IMG/VR virus record: IMGVR_UViG_3300020043_003830
Coordinates: 1 to 24,845 of that record
Length of the DNA stretch: 24,845 bases
DNA from: a virus
Lineage: Duplodnaviria > Caudoviricetes
Direction: 5' to 3' (one strand)
Position numbers and translations under genes: made by a program. The notes beneath the pieces are model-generated. The model searched no databases and had not been told where the DNA came from. It was given only the letters and a program-made list of their open reading frames with translations. Below are positions 1 through 7,239 of the stretch, piece by piece (the stretch's first letter is position 1; every line of letters starts with the position of its first letter).

Positions 1-185
1 ACCGTATTTATAACGTGTTGATTGGCGACGACGAAATGAAAATTGAAGGTCTCGTAAGTAAGGTTCAAAAGCATGATAAATATATTCAAAACCAACGCTT
101 GCAAGTAGCCCGTTTAGGTGGTATCGCAACCGCAGCGGGTGTTGTTGGTGGTTTAATTGTTCAATTCATTCTTAAATTTTTATGA
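1..185 (+). CDS. 5'-truncated small membrane protein with C-terminal TM helix (holin/XhlA-like)
   Basis: Frame 3 open from the window edge: RIYNVLIGDDEMKIEGLVSKVQKHDKYIQNQRLQVARLGGIATAAGVVGGLIVQFILKFL*. The stop TGA (183-185) overlaps the next ATG (ATGA). Confidence 0.6.
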   Translation, partial: RIYNVLIGDDEMKIEGLVSKVQKHDKYIQNQRLQVARLGGIATAAGVVGGLIVQFILKFL

Positions 186-451
186 AGGAATGGTTGAAAT
201 CTTTGTTAAGTTCGTGTTCGAAAGTTTCAAGTAAGCGAGTAATTGCTATATTTGTTGTAATTAACCTAATAATTTTAAGTTACATTGCTACATTTTCTGA
301 ATACGATTGTCCGATTTCGATGTTTGACACACTCGCATTATTGACAGGTGGAATGTTTAGTGGTACTGTGATTGAAAAGTTTACTAAATCAAAAACAAAT
401 GGCAAGACCACAGACCGAAGCGCGGAAGATAGCAGCGGAGATTTGCAGTAA
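182..451 (+). CDS. putative holin (two TM segments)
   Basis: SSKR motif followed by hydrophobic VIAIFVVINLIILSYIATF and a second hydrophobic segment MFDTLALLTGGMFSGTVIEKF. Translationally coupled to the upstream ORF. Confidence 0.55.
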   Translation: MKEWLKSLLSSCSKVSSKRVIAIFVVINLIILSYIATFSEYDCPISMFDTLALLTGGMFSGTVIEKFTKSKTNGKTTDRSAEDSSGDLQ

Positions 452-1400
452 ATTCCCCGAAGCACCTTCGCATTCATTAGCTTTAAAACTATTCACGGAA
501 TATCCAGAAGCGTTTGATTCAGCCGAACACGCAAGAACTTATATTCGCACTATTCGCGGAAAAATTGGTTCGAACAATCGTAAAACTAACGCACAAAAGG
601 AATTAATGGACACAGCACAGCGACCTTCCAACCCTTACGCACTTCCTAAGTCTTACGCAAAGAAACGCAGACATGTTGAATTAAGCGGTACAAAGTTCTT
701 GATTCTTTGCGATTTACATTTTCCATACCAAGATAACGAAGCTATTGAATGCGCGATAAACGAAGGGTTAAAACAGGGGTGTGATTCAATTGTTTTGAAC
801 GGTGACGCGTTAGATTGCCACATGATTTCCGACTTTGTCAAAGATCCACGCAAGCGTAAATTCAAAGATGAACTTTATTCTATTCGTCAATTCCTTGCGT
901 CGTTAAGGCACACGTTCCCAAACGCAAACATTTACTACAAAGAAGGCAACCACGAAGAACGTTACTGGCGATACATGCGCATCAAAGCTCCTGAGTTGTT
1001 CGACATCGACGCTTTCGACTTTCCAACGCTTACCCATTGCGATAAACATAACGTTAAATGGATTGACGGAAAGAGCAAACTAAACATCGGTAAACTTTCA
1101 ATCTTTCACGGGCATGAGTTCGGAAAACAATTCCTTCCGTCGGTCAATGTAGCGAGGGGGTTGTTTATGAAAACTAAGGTGTCCGCTATGTGCGGACATC
1201 ACCACCAAACAGCGGAGCACAACGAGCGCGACGCTAACGGTAAGTTTATTACTTGTTGGGGTGTTGGTTGTTTGAGCGAACTATCTCCTGACTACAATCC
1301 TTATTCAAAATATAATCACGGCTTTGCTATTGTAAGTAAAGAAAAAAATGGTTATTTTAGCGTAAGTAATTACCGCATTCACGAAGGTAAAATTTTATAA
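399..1400 (+). CDS. calcineurin-like metallophosphoesterase with N-terminal helical extension
   Basis: All five metallophos motifs present: CDLH, NGDALD, GNHE, FHGHE, GHHH. Likely start is ATG 399 after an A-rich leader, rather than TTG 372. Confidence 0.9.
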   Translation: MARPQTEARKIAAEICSKFPEAPSHSLALKLFTEYPEAFDSAEHARTYIRTIRGKIGSNNRKTNAQKELMDTAQRPSNPYALPKSYAKKRRHVELSGTKFLILCDLHFPYQDNEAIECAINEGLKQGCDSIVLNGDALDCHMISDFVKDPRKRKFKDELYSIRQFLASLRHTFPNANIYYKEGNHEERYWRYMRIKAPELFDIDAFDFPTLTHCDKHNVKWIDGKSKLNIGKLSIFHGHEFGKQFLPSVNVARGLFMKTKVSAMCGHHHQTAEHNERDANGKFITCWGVGCLSELSPDYNPYSKYNHGFAIVSKEKNGYFSVSNYRIHEGKIL

Positions 1401-1418
1401 ACCTAAAAAATTAAACTT

Positions 1419-1532
1419 ATGATTATCACAATTATTTTTTTATGCACCGCGCTTTTAGCGTTGTTATGGGTGCGAGGAATCGACACAATGTCGAAAGAAC
1501 ATTCAGATTACAAAGGTGAAGATTTCATTTAA
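1419..1532 (+). CDS. 37-aa single-TM peptide (not in ORF track)
   Basis: MIITIIFLCTALLALLWVRGIDTMSKEHSDYKGEDFI*. Has an A-rich leader and fills the gap exactly, with the next ATG at 1534. Confidence 0.7.
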   Translation: MIITIIFLCTALLALLWVRGIDTMSKEHSDYKGEDFI

Positions 1533-1533
1533 T

Positions 1534-2115
1534 ATGGACGAAAGAAAATACCAACCAGACGCGCTATTTGTTGTAATTGCAACAAGTATTTTTTGGGTAC
1601 TTGTTTGTCTAGCATTTTGGAACTTCAACCCGAAAATTGAAACGCAAGTACAAATACAAAAACAAGATAGCATCATTTACTACAATAGCGGGGAATACGA
1701 CCGCCTGTTACAAGAAGAAATAAACCTTTACGGCATTTATAGAAGATATGAAGACGCTCAATCTACGGCCAAAACCGCCTATAAAAGAACTCGTGATTCT
1801 ATTGTTGTTCGAGATACTATTGTTCGCGTGGATGTGGTACGTTTGGTGAACGCTTGCGACAGCGTTATTGAAGCTGATTCGCTTGTAATTAACAACCTAC
1901 AAGAACAATTGAACATCAAAGATGAAAAGACAAACAACTTGCAAGAAACGGTTACAGCTTATGAACAAAAGACGGTCTTGTTGAGCGAAGAAATTAACAC
2001 TTTGCATACTGAAAACAAAAAGTTAGACAAACAAAAAAAGCGCAGAAACCGCGCCTTAGTTGTTACAACTACAGTCGCTATTTTATCTACTTTTGTTCTG
2101 AGTGTTTTACTTTAG
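1534..2115 (+). CDS. membrane-anchored coiled-coil protein, spanin-like candidate
   Basis: N-terminal TM (ALFVVIATSIFWVLVCLAFW), DS/DT-rich region and long heptad coiled coil, basic KKRRNR, then C-terminal TM. Lies in the lysis cluster. Confidence 0.5.
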   Translation: MDERKYQPDALFVVIATSIFWVLVCLAFWNFNPKIETQVQIQKQDSIIYYNSGEYDRLLQEEINLYGIYRRYEDAQSTAKTAYKRTRDSIVVRDTIVRVDVVRLVNACDSVIEADSLVINNLQEQLNIKDEKTNNLQETVTAYEQKTVLLSEEINTLHTENKKLDKQKKRRNRALVVTTTVAILSTFVLSVLL

Positions 2116-2263
2116 ATTCGGGAACGTAGAACTTCAAAGAGAACTCAATCGCTTCGCTTAAAAAAGTGTTGCGACTATTTTCACCTCGTTTTTCGTCTAT
2201 CTCGTTCCAAAGGTCTTTGTGTAAGTACACGCAGATCCCTTTTTTAGTTTTGCTTTCTGGCAT
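2087..2263 (-). CDS. ribbon-helix-helix DNA-binding protein
   Basis: MPESKTKKGICVYLHKDLWNEIDEKRGENSRNTFLSEAIEF shows the beta-strand/helix/SR-helix pattern of CopG/Arc-type RHH. Start ATG 2263. Confidence 0.65.
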   Translation of the reverse strand: MPESKTKKGICVYLHKDLWNEIDEKRGENSRNTFLSEAIEFSLKFYVPESKVKHSEQK

Positions 2264-2462
2264 CTTCAATATAATTTTGAATAAATAATTCAACAACATC
2301 GTTTAAAACGTCTTTAATAATTTCACGTTTTTTAGGAGTGTTGTAATCAGGTCTTTTTTTTATGATTTGATTCAACAATTTCTTTTCAATCATATAACTT
2401 AAAGTCTCATCTATTTGTAATGACTTTTTAAAGTGCATAAGAAATTCAGTTTTACTTTCCAT
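2244..2462 (-). CDS. hypothetical protein
   Basis: 72-aa ORF overlapping both neighbours in a tightly packed operon; AT-rich. Confidence 0.55.
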   Translation of the reverse strand: MESKTEFLMHFKKSLQIDETLSYMIEKKLLNQIIKKRPDYNTPKKREIIKDVLNDVVELFIQNYIEDARKQN

Positions 2463-2646
2463 CTTCTTCTATTTTTAGTTTCTTCAAATACAAGGCAAGG
2501 TCTAACGCTTCCTCGTACGCGTGTTGTAGCCACTCAGAACGCGTTAAATCAGTTCGGTCTAACGTTGTTCCGTAGGTGTCAATTCCCTTCGCTTCACGCG
2601 CTTCTAATTCAGCTATTACTTGTGTGAGTAAATTACTTTTCTGCAT
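2452..2646 (-). CDS. conserved phage hypothetical protein (all-alpha, G..TYGTTL..W..H..EE..D...Y motif)
   Basis: KGIDTYGTTLDRTDLTRSEWLQHAYEEALDLALYLKK is a common phage small-protein motif reminiscent of all-alpha NTP pyrophosphatases. Confidence 0.7.
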   Translation of the reverse strand: MQKSNLLTQVIAELEAREAKGIDTYGTTLDRTDLTRSEWLQHAYEEALDLALYLKKLKIEEDGK

Positions 2647-2845
2647 CTGGCTTCGACATCATTGAACCTATCATTAACGCTAAGTAGATTTTCTCTTTTG
2701 CGTTCAAGTCTTTGCGCTGTGAAAGTTCAAGGAGAATGTCGCCAAGAATCTTCCCTTGTTGAAAGTAGTTCGCGAGTGAATTAACAATTTCGCGTTCGCG
2801 CTCGTAAGTCATTTTCAAAGACTCGTATAGTGGTGTGTTTTTCAT
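2633..2845 (-). CDS. hypothetical protein
   Basis: 70-aa ORF directly downstream of a promoter-like motif; overlaps the next gene. Confidence 0.65.
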   Translation of the reverse strand: MKNTPLYESLKMTYEREREIVNSLANYFQQGKILGDILLELSQRKDLNAKEKIYLALMIGSMMSKPDAEK

Positions 2846-2849
2846 TTCG

Positions 2850-2880
2850 TAAATGTATGCTAAATTATTTTAACCGACAA
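2850..2880 (-). promoter_or_regulatory. Bacteroidota-type sigma-A promoter candidate (TTG-N20-TACATTTA)
   Basis: Minus strand TTG at 2880-2878, 20-nt spacer, TACATTTA at 2857-2850 (one mismatch to TAnnTTTG). Shares TTTAGCATAYATTT with the promoter at 10353-10383. Confidence 0.5.
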
Positions 2881-4168
2881 CATATTGTCCATAAGAAGGG
2901 TTAAGTTCGAAGTACATTCGCATCATTATCGCGTCGGCGACGTCTGGAGAAATGCCTTCGCGGTTCTTGATAACGTCCTTCGGTGTTACCTGCAACTTAC
3001 CGTCTACGTCTGCGCGGTGTCGCTTAATCATTTCTAATTCACGAACGATTTGTTCTTTGCGCGTACTTGAAAGAATAGTGAGCCGATTCTCCTCTACATA
3101 CTGAGCCAATTTGTAGTAACATTCGCTTTTCAAGTTTTGGTATTGTGGGTGTTTTGGTTTAGATCCATTCTGAAATCCTAAGCACTTCAAAAAGTCACAG
3201 ACTCCTCCGCCCACCCCATCTTCATCCGCGATAATGTTTTGAAGTAGTATGTTGTGTTCTTTGGCTACAACACGAATCTTGTTCACGACTTCGTCCAACG
3301 CTGCTCTATTCAACTCAATTATATCGATGATAGTTAGACCTTCCCAAACAATTATAATCGTTCTATCCTTCCCAAATCGCGCAATATCGGCTGTGATATA
3401 CTTCTTGCCTTCATTGATTACTTCGTTGCGGAACATTCGAAGTAAGTTCTCCGTGTTGAATAGCTTGTCGCTGTCGTCGTCAAACTCCCAATTCCCTTCG
3501 AGCAGACGTTTGCGGTCGTACTCTGGAAGTTTCTGTAAGTTCTCTAAATAAGTCTGCGAAATATATGGGTTGTCGGTTGGTAACGCTTGGACAAAAGCAC
3601 GGTCGTTTCTCAATTCACCTTTCAAATTAGCGTAGTAAAAGTCGTTATATAACCACCCCTTTGAAGGGTTACAAGTCATTAAACCCTTCGGTCTGTCGTT
3701 AATCAATTTGTAACGGACACGGCTTTGTAAAATGTCAATACAACGCTTTGAAACTTCAGCTACCTCATCTACGAAGTAGTCTGTGATTTCAATCGACCCA
3801 AATCTCTGAAAATCGGGGTCTGACGGCATATCCGCCAAGTCCATTAATATCGTTTGGCTTCCGTTGTACCACTTAATAACGTGGTCTTGTCCGTTGTATG
3901 TATAGTGAACGTTAGGTTTCAATCCGTGCAAAGTGCAAAGTTCAAAGAAAGTCTGCATAGTTGACAAGCGCAACTTCTTTAATTCGGCACGACCGATTAA
4001 ACCCTTTGTCCCTGGGTATTTTAGTCTTCGTTTTATCTGCCAATCGCAACCAAGAAAAGACTTTCCACTAAACACACCGCCACCATACAAGACCTGCGCA
4101 ATAGGACTTTCATAAGAAAGAAGTTCCAACGCGTACTTTTGTTTGTCGTGGTAAATTATTTCGGGCAT
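2870..4168 (-). CDS. terL: terminase large subunit
   Basis: Walker A YGGGVFSGKS, Walker B YFVDEV, coupling motif TCNP, DNPY, RLLEGNW, and RNase-H-like nuclease motifs TADIARFGKD, IADEDGVGGG, SPDVADA. Confidence 0.93.
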   Translation of the reverse strand: MPEIIYHDKQKYALELLSYESPIAQVLYGGGVFSGKSFLGCDWQIKRRLKYPGTKGLIGRAELKKLRLSTMQTFFELCTLHGLKPNVHYTYNGQDHVIKWYNGSQTILMDLADMPSDPDFQRFGSIEITDYFVDEVAEVSKRCIDILQSRVRYKLINDRPKGLMTCNPSKGWLYNDFYYANLKGELRNDRAFVQALPTDNPYISQTYLENLQKLPEYDRKRLLEGNWEFDDDSDKLFNTENLLRMFRNEVINEGKKYITADIARFGKDRTIIIVWEGLTIIDIIELNRAALDEVVNKIRVVAKEHNILLQNIIADEDGVGGGVCDFLKCLGFQNGSKPKHPQYQNLKSECYYKLAQYVEENRLTILSSTRKEQIVRELEMIKRHRADVDGKLQVTPKDVIKNREGISPDVADAIMMRMYFELNPSYGQYVVG

Positions 4169-5154
4169 TAAAATAGTTTTAATTGTAGTTTTTCTAACCT
4201 GTCCATTTCAGCAATTACCTTGAAAATTTCATAGGCAACCTGCGGAACAATAGCATTTCCATAACCCTTTATAGATTCTTGTCTCCACTTTGAAAAGCTA
4301 ATTCCGTCCAATTCGGTGGGAAGCCCATCATCTCCGCCACAAATCGGGGATTGAGTTGGGAAGGTTTCCCAATTTGATATTTTGCTCCTGCTATTATTGG
4401 TGCTACATCGTTCAGTTTTGCTCCAAATATTGTTCCTGTATTGTCCGATTTTCTCGCCCATCCTGTTGGAGTTTGAGTTATTTGGTCTGGTCTCTTCGGT
4501 GTGCCTATTATGTCTGATACTGTTGGTGTTGGTAGAAGACCCATTGCCGCCATCTGCTTCAATGGATTTTGTAGATTTACTCCTTTCGCAGCGTGTCTTG
4601 CTTTCGCTTTTTCCAAAGTTTCTTCTTTTCTTGCTGTGTTGTAATCGTGAGCATTCGGTGTTGGTAGCATTATAAGCGACGAACCAAATTCGGTCGCGTC
4701 TATGCGGCGCACCGACGGCACAAGCTGGCAATAATATCGGTTGTACTTCGTACCCTTGACTTTCCAAGTCAGTGCACACTTCCTCGAAGACCACTCCCCC
4801 GTTCCAATTAGTAAGTCCACGAACGTTTTCGCCCACGACGTAGGTTGGTTTAACTTCTGAAATGACTCTGAGCATATGCGGCCAGAGGTGTCGCTCGTCC
4901 TCTTTCCCAAGTCGCTTACCTGCGCTTGAGTATGGTTGGCAAGGAAACCCTCCTGTGAGTATGTCAATTGTTCCTCTGTGAATAGAGAAATCTGTCTTTG
5001 TGATGTCTTCATAACTAATTGAGTTTGGCCAATAATGATTTAAAACTTTGCGTGGGAAAGGCATCCATTCACAATGAAATGTATTGTTCCAACCCATCCA
5101 TTCAGCGGCTAAATCGAATCCACCGATTCCGCTAAACAACGATCCGTGATTCAT
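4168..5154 (-). CDS. dcm: DNA (cytosine-5) methyltransferase, alpha polypeptide (motifs I-VIII and X)
   Basis: Motif I FSGIGG, IV GGFPCQ, VI ENV, VIII PHRRDRIW, X GYGNAIVPQV. No motif IX in this frame, and the 'variable region' is low-complexity shadow sequence. Confidence 0.93.
   Translation of the reverse strand: MNHGSLFSGIGGFDLAAEWMGWNNTFHCEWMPFPRKVLNHYWPNSISYEDITKTDFSIHRGTIDILTGGFPCQPYSSAGKRLGKEDERHLWPHMLRVISEVKPTYVVGENVRGLTNWNGGVVFEEVCTDLESQGYEVQPILLPACAVGAPHRRDRIWFVAYNATNTECSRLQHSKKRRNFGKSESKTRCERSKSTKSIEADGGNGSSTNTNSIRHNRHTEETRPNNSNSNRMGEKIGQYRNNIWSKTERCSTNNSRSKISNWETFPTQSPICGGDDGLPTELDGISFSKWRQESIKGYGNAIVPQVAYEIFKVIAEMDRLEKLQLKLF
4269..5012 (-). CDS. DNA methyltransferase beta polypeptide encoded in the +1 frame inside the alpha gene (putative TRD plus motif IX)
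   Basis: 247-aa ATG-initiated ORF wholly nested in the MTase. Carries LNPRFVAEMMGFPPNWT (motif IX-like) and two LPTP..D repeats. Confidence 0.8.
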   Translation of the reverse strand: MKTSQRQISLFTEEQLTYSQEGFLANHTQAQVSDLGKRTSDTSGRICSESFQKLNQPTSWAKTFVDLLIGTGEWSSRKCALTWKVKGTKYNRYYCQLVPSVRRIDATEFGSSLIMLPTPNAHDYNTARKEETLEKAKARHAAKGVNLQNPLKQMAAMGLLPTPTVSDIIGTPKRPDQITQTPTGWARKSDNTGTIFGAKLNDVAPIIAGAKYQIGKPSQLNPRFVAEMMGFPPNWTELAFQSGDKNL

Positions 5155-5906
5155 TGCTTTGACAAGTATAATTTGTACAACTCACGCAATCCTTCAAACT
5201 GAATCGATTCTTTTAGCAATTGGCGTTTGCGGTCACTCATTCGCTCAACCATTCCTTTGCTCAATTGCTGTTCGTTAAAGACTGTCTTTCGCGCTTTCGC
5301 TTTGCAAAGGTTGTATTCGTCGTCTGTAAAGGTTTCAAGCGTGATACGCTTACTTTCTTCCAACCAACGCATCATTGAAACTCCGCGCAATTCTAAGGTT
5401 GTAAATTTGCCTTGTTTGAAGCTGTCTATGTCCTCTTTCAACATTCGTCTCCAGCTATCGTCATTCACCGCCATTTCATTCTCCTTTATTAATTGTGATT
5501 TTTCCTCAATTGATTGCGCTATTTCACGCTGAATTTGTAGATTCGCTTTGTCGCGGTGTGGTTTGTAGTGAGTAAGTACGTCGCCAATAAACGATACGCT
5601 CAACGCTCCAAAATGCTCACACTTTTTACTCAGTTCGTTTGCTGCATTTAGTTCGAACGCAAGGTTGAAATGTTCAAACGTAACCCACCGAAAGTGCTTG
5701 CCTATGAACTCGTGCAACATTTGCAACAGTTGTGCCTCTGGAAGTGCTATTCCGTACATGGCGCAAACCTTTGAGCATAACTTAACAAACGTTGGCAGGT
5801 CGTAGTCGGCTACAAACGCGCTTTCGCGTTCCGCACGATCAACCCTTTGTGTAATTGTGAGCGTCGTTGTAGATGCGTTGCGCAGCATCGGAGTCAAATT
5901 TTCCAT
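5151..5906 (-). CDS. hypothetical protein, probably replication-associated
   Basis: 251-aa helical ORF overlapping the replication-organiser-like gene upstream and the MTase downstream (ATGA coupling). Confidence 0.6.
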   Translation of the reverse strand: MENLTPMLRNASTTTLTITQRVDRAERESAFVADYDLPTFVKLCSKVCAMYGIALPEAQLLQMLHEFIGKHFRWVTFEHFNLAFELNAANELSKKCEHFGALSVSFIGDVLTHYKPHRDKANLQIQREIAQSIEEKSQLIKENEMAVNDDSWRRMLKEDIDSFKQGKFTTLELRGVSMMRWLEESKRITLETFTDDEYNLCKAKARKTVFNEQQLSKGMVERMSDRKRQLLKESIQFEGLRELYKLYLSKQ

Positions 5907-6240
5907 TTTTGATTTTGGTTTGTTGGTTTGTAGTTACAAAAGTAGACAAGTCCCATTTACGAACGGCAGCTTTCCAATCTTTCATTTGATTGCGTCCTAC
6001 CTTCCAACCATTTGCCTCGTAGTGAGCGTGGAATTTCTCAGTAAATTTAAGCGCGTCGTCGTTGCTTAACTTTTCACAGGCGTATTCGTATATTTCAACA
6101 ACCGTTGGTTTAACGAACGCAGTCTTCTTTTCTTTCGTTGGTGCTGGAAGTTGAGCGGGTTGCGTTTGCGCTTTCAATAGTTCTTGTACTTGCGCTTCGA
6201 GAATTTCGATTCTCTTTTTAAGTTGTAGTATTAACATCAT
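5839..6240 (-). CDS. phage replication organiser/initiator C-terminal-domain protein
   Basis: FVKPTVVEIYEY...KFHAHYEANGWKVGRNQMKDWKAAVRKW is the conserved C-terminal domain of many phage replication initiators, preceded by a short coiled coil. Confidence 0.75.
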   Translation of the reverse strand: MMLILQLKKRIEILEAQVQELLKAQTQPAQLPAPTKEKKTAFVKPTVVEIYEYACEKLSNDDALKFTEKFHAHYEANGWKVGRNQMKDWKAAVRKWDLSTFVTTNQQTKIKNGKFDSDAAQRIYNDAHNYTKG

Positions 6241-6473
6241 TTTATTTCTTTATAAGTTTCGTTGTAATAGTCTTCGGCTTGTTCTTCTGTACTCCAATCA
6301 TAGCAACCACAACCATTAGAATCTCCATCTAAATAAGAATTTTTTATCTGCTCCTTCTCCATTTGAAGTGCTTGTTTATATAAATCTTGAATAAGTTTAT
6401 CGGTTAAATTTAAACTCTTATAGTTCTTTAACTTTTTGTAAAACCATTCAACCGCAGTTTGTTTCTTTTCCAT
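6237..6473 (-). CDS. conserved phage hypothetical protein (KQTAVEW family)
   Basis: KQTAVEW...ALQMEKEQI...AEDYYNETY pattern, frequent in aquatic Bacteroidota phages. Confidence 0.75.
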   Translation of the reverse strand: MEKKQTAVEWFYKKLKNYKSLNLTDKLIQDLYKQALQMEKEQIKNSYLDGDSNGCGCYDWSTEEQAEDYYNETYKEIK

Positions 6474-6489
6474 AGTTATTTAGTTTTAG

Positions 6490-6690
6490 TTAGTCCCACC
6501 CTTCACCTTTAAAATCGTCTGCGTCGTCCCATTCCTGACAATCAAAACAGACTTTAATTTCTCCATCTTCGTCGATTAGCTCGTAGGCATCTTCGTAAGT
6601 TTCGAGTTTTTGATCCTGTAGAACAGCGTTCACGCGTTCATCGAGTTCATTGCTTTCGCAGTTTGGGCAAAATGTTAGATTTGATTTCAT
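6490..6690 (-). CDS. small zinc-binding protein
   Basis: CPNC...CFDC pairs; acidic. Confidence 0.7.
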   Translation of the reverse strand: MKSNLTFCPNCESNELDERVNAVLQDQKLETYEDAYELIDEDGEIKVCFDCQEWDDADDFKGEGWD

Positions 6691-6705
6691 GGTTGTTTGA
6701 TTTAT

Positions 6706-7239
6706 TTATTTGATTTTAGATTTTCTTTTTTCACGAAGCGTCTTTTGATGCTCAACGTGGTCTACAAATTTATTAAAAAATATCATTGGTTTAGCATAAC
6801 CTATTTGATTTAATATAAAACATATGCGTTCCACGTTTGCGCGATAGTATTTGTCCCATTCAACCTGCGCGCTGGCTTGCTTTATTCCGTGTAAAATTGT
6901 CGCGTGGTCTTTCTTATAACGGTCTCCAACGTTTTTCAACGAAAGAACGTAACAGGGACGAACAAGAAAGAATATAATTTGTCGTGCTGTTACTATCTCA
7001 CGCTTTCTTGTTGCTGAATATAACGCTTGCGAAGGAACACCTAACACGGAACAAGTTACATCTTCTAACGCGCTCCAAAACATATCGCGTTCGTTTTCTA
7101 ATTCCTTTTGCATCTCTATTTGTTCACTTGTTAAACGCTCGTATCTCGGAGTAATCATTGTCCATAAAGTCTCGAAGCGTTCCATATGTCTAAATGGAAT
7201 CATATCGATTATTTCGCTGCGTATTTGTTCGTTAGTCAT
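6706..7239 (-). CDS. DnaA C-terminal (domain IV)-like HTH protein
   Basis: SATRKREIVTARQIIFFL...SLKNVGDRYKKDHATILHG matches the DnaA domain IV signature (R...V.ARQ..MYL...SL..IG..F.RDHTTV.H). Confidence 0.8.
   Translation of the reverse strand: MTNEQIRSEIIDMIPFRHMERFETLWTMITPRYERLTSEQIEMQKELENERDMFWSALEDVTCSVLGVPSQALYSATRKREIVTARQIIFFLVRPCYVLSLKNVGDRYKKDHATILHGIKQASAQVEWDKYYRANVERICFILNQIGYAKPMIFFNKFVDHVEHQKTLREKRKSKIK

Noticed and set aside
4382-4675. Hydrophobic plus-strand ORF opposite the methyltransferase
   Set aside because: Antisense shadow of A-rich dual-coding sequence; no promoter or leader support.
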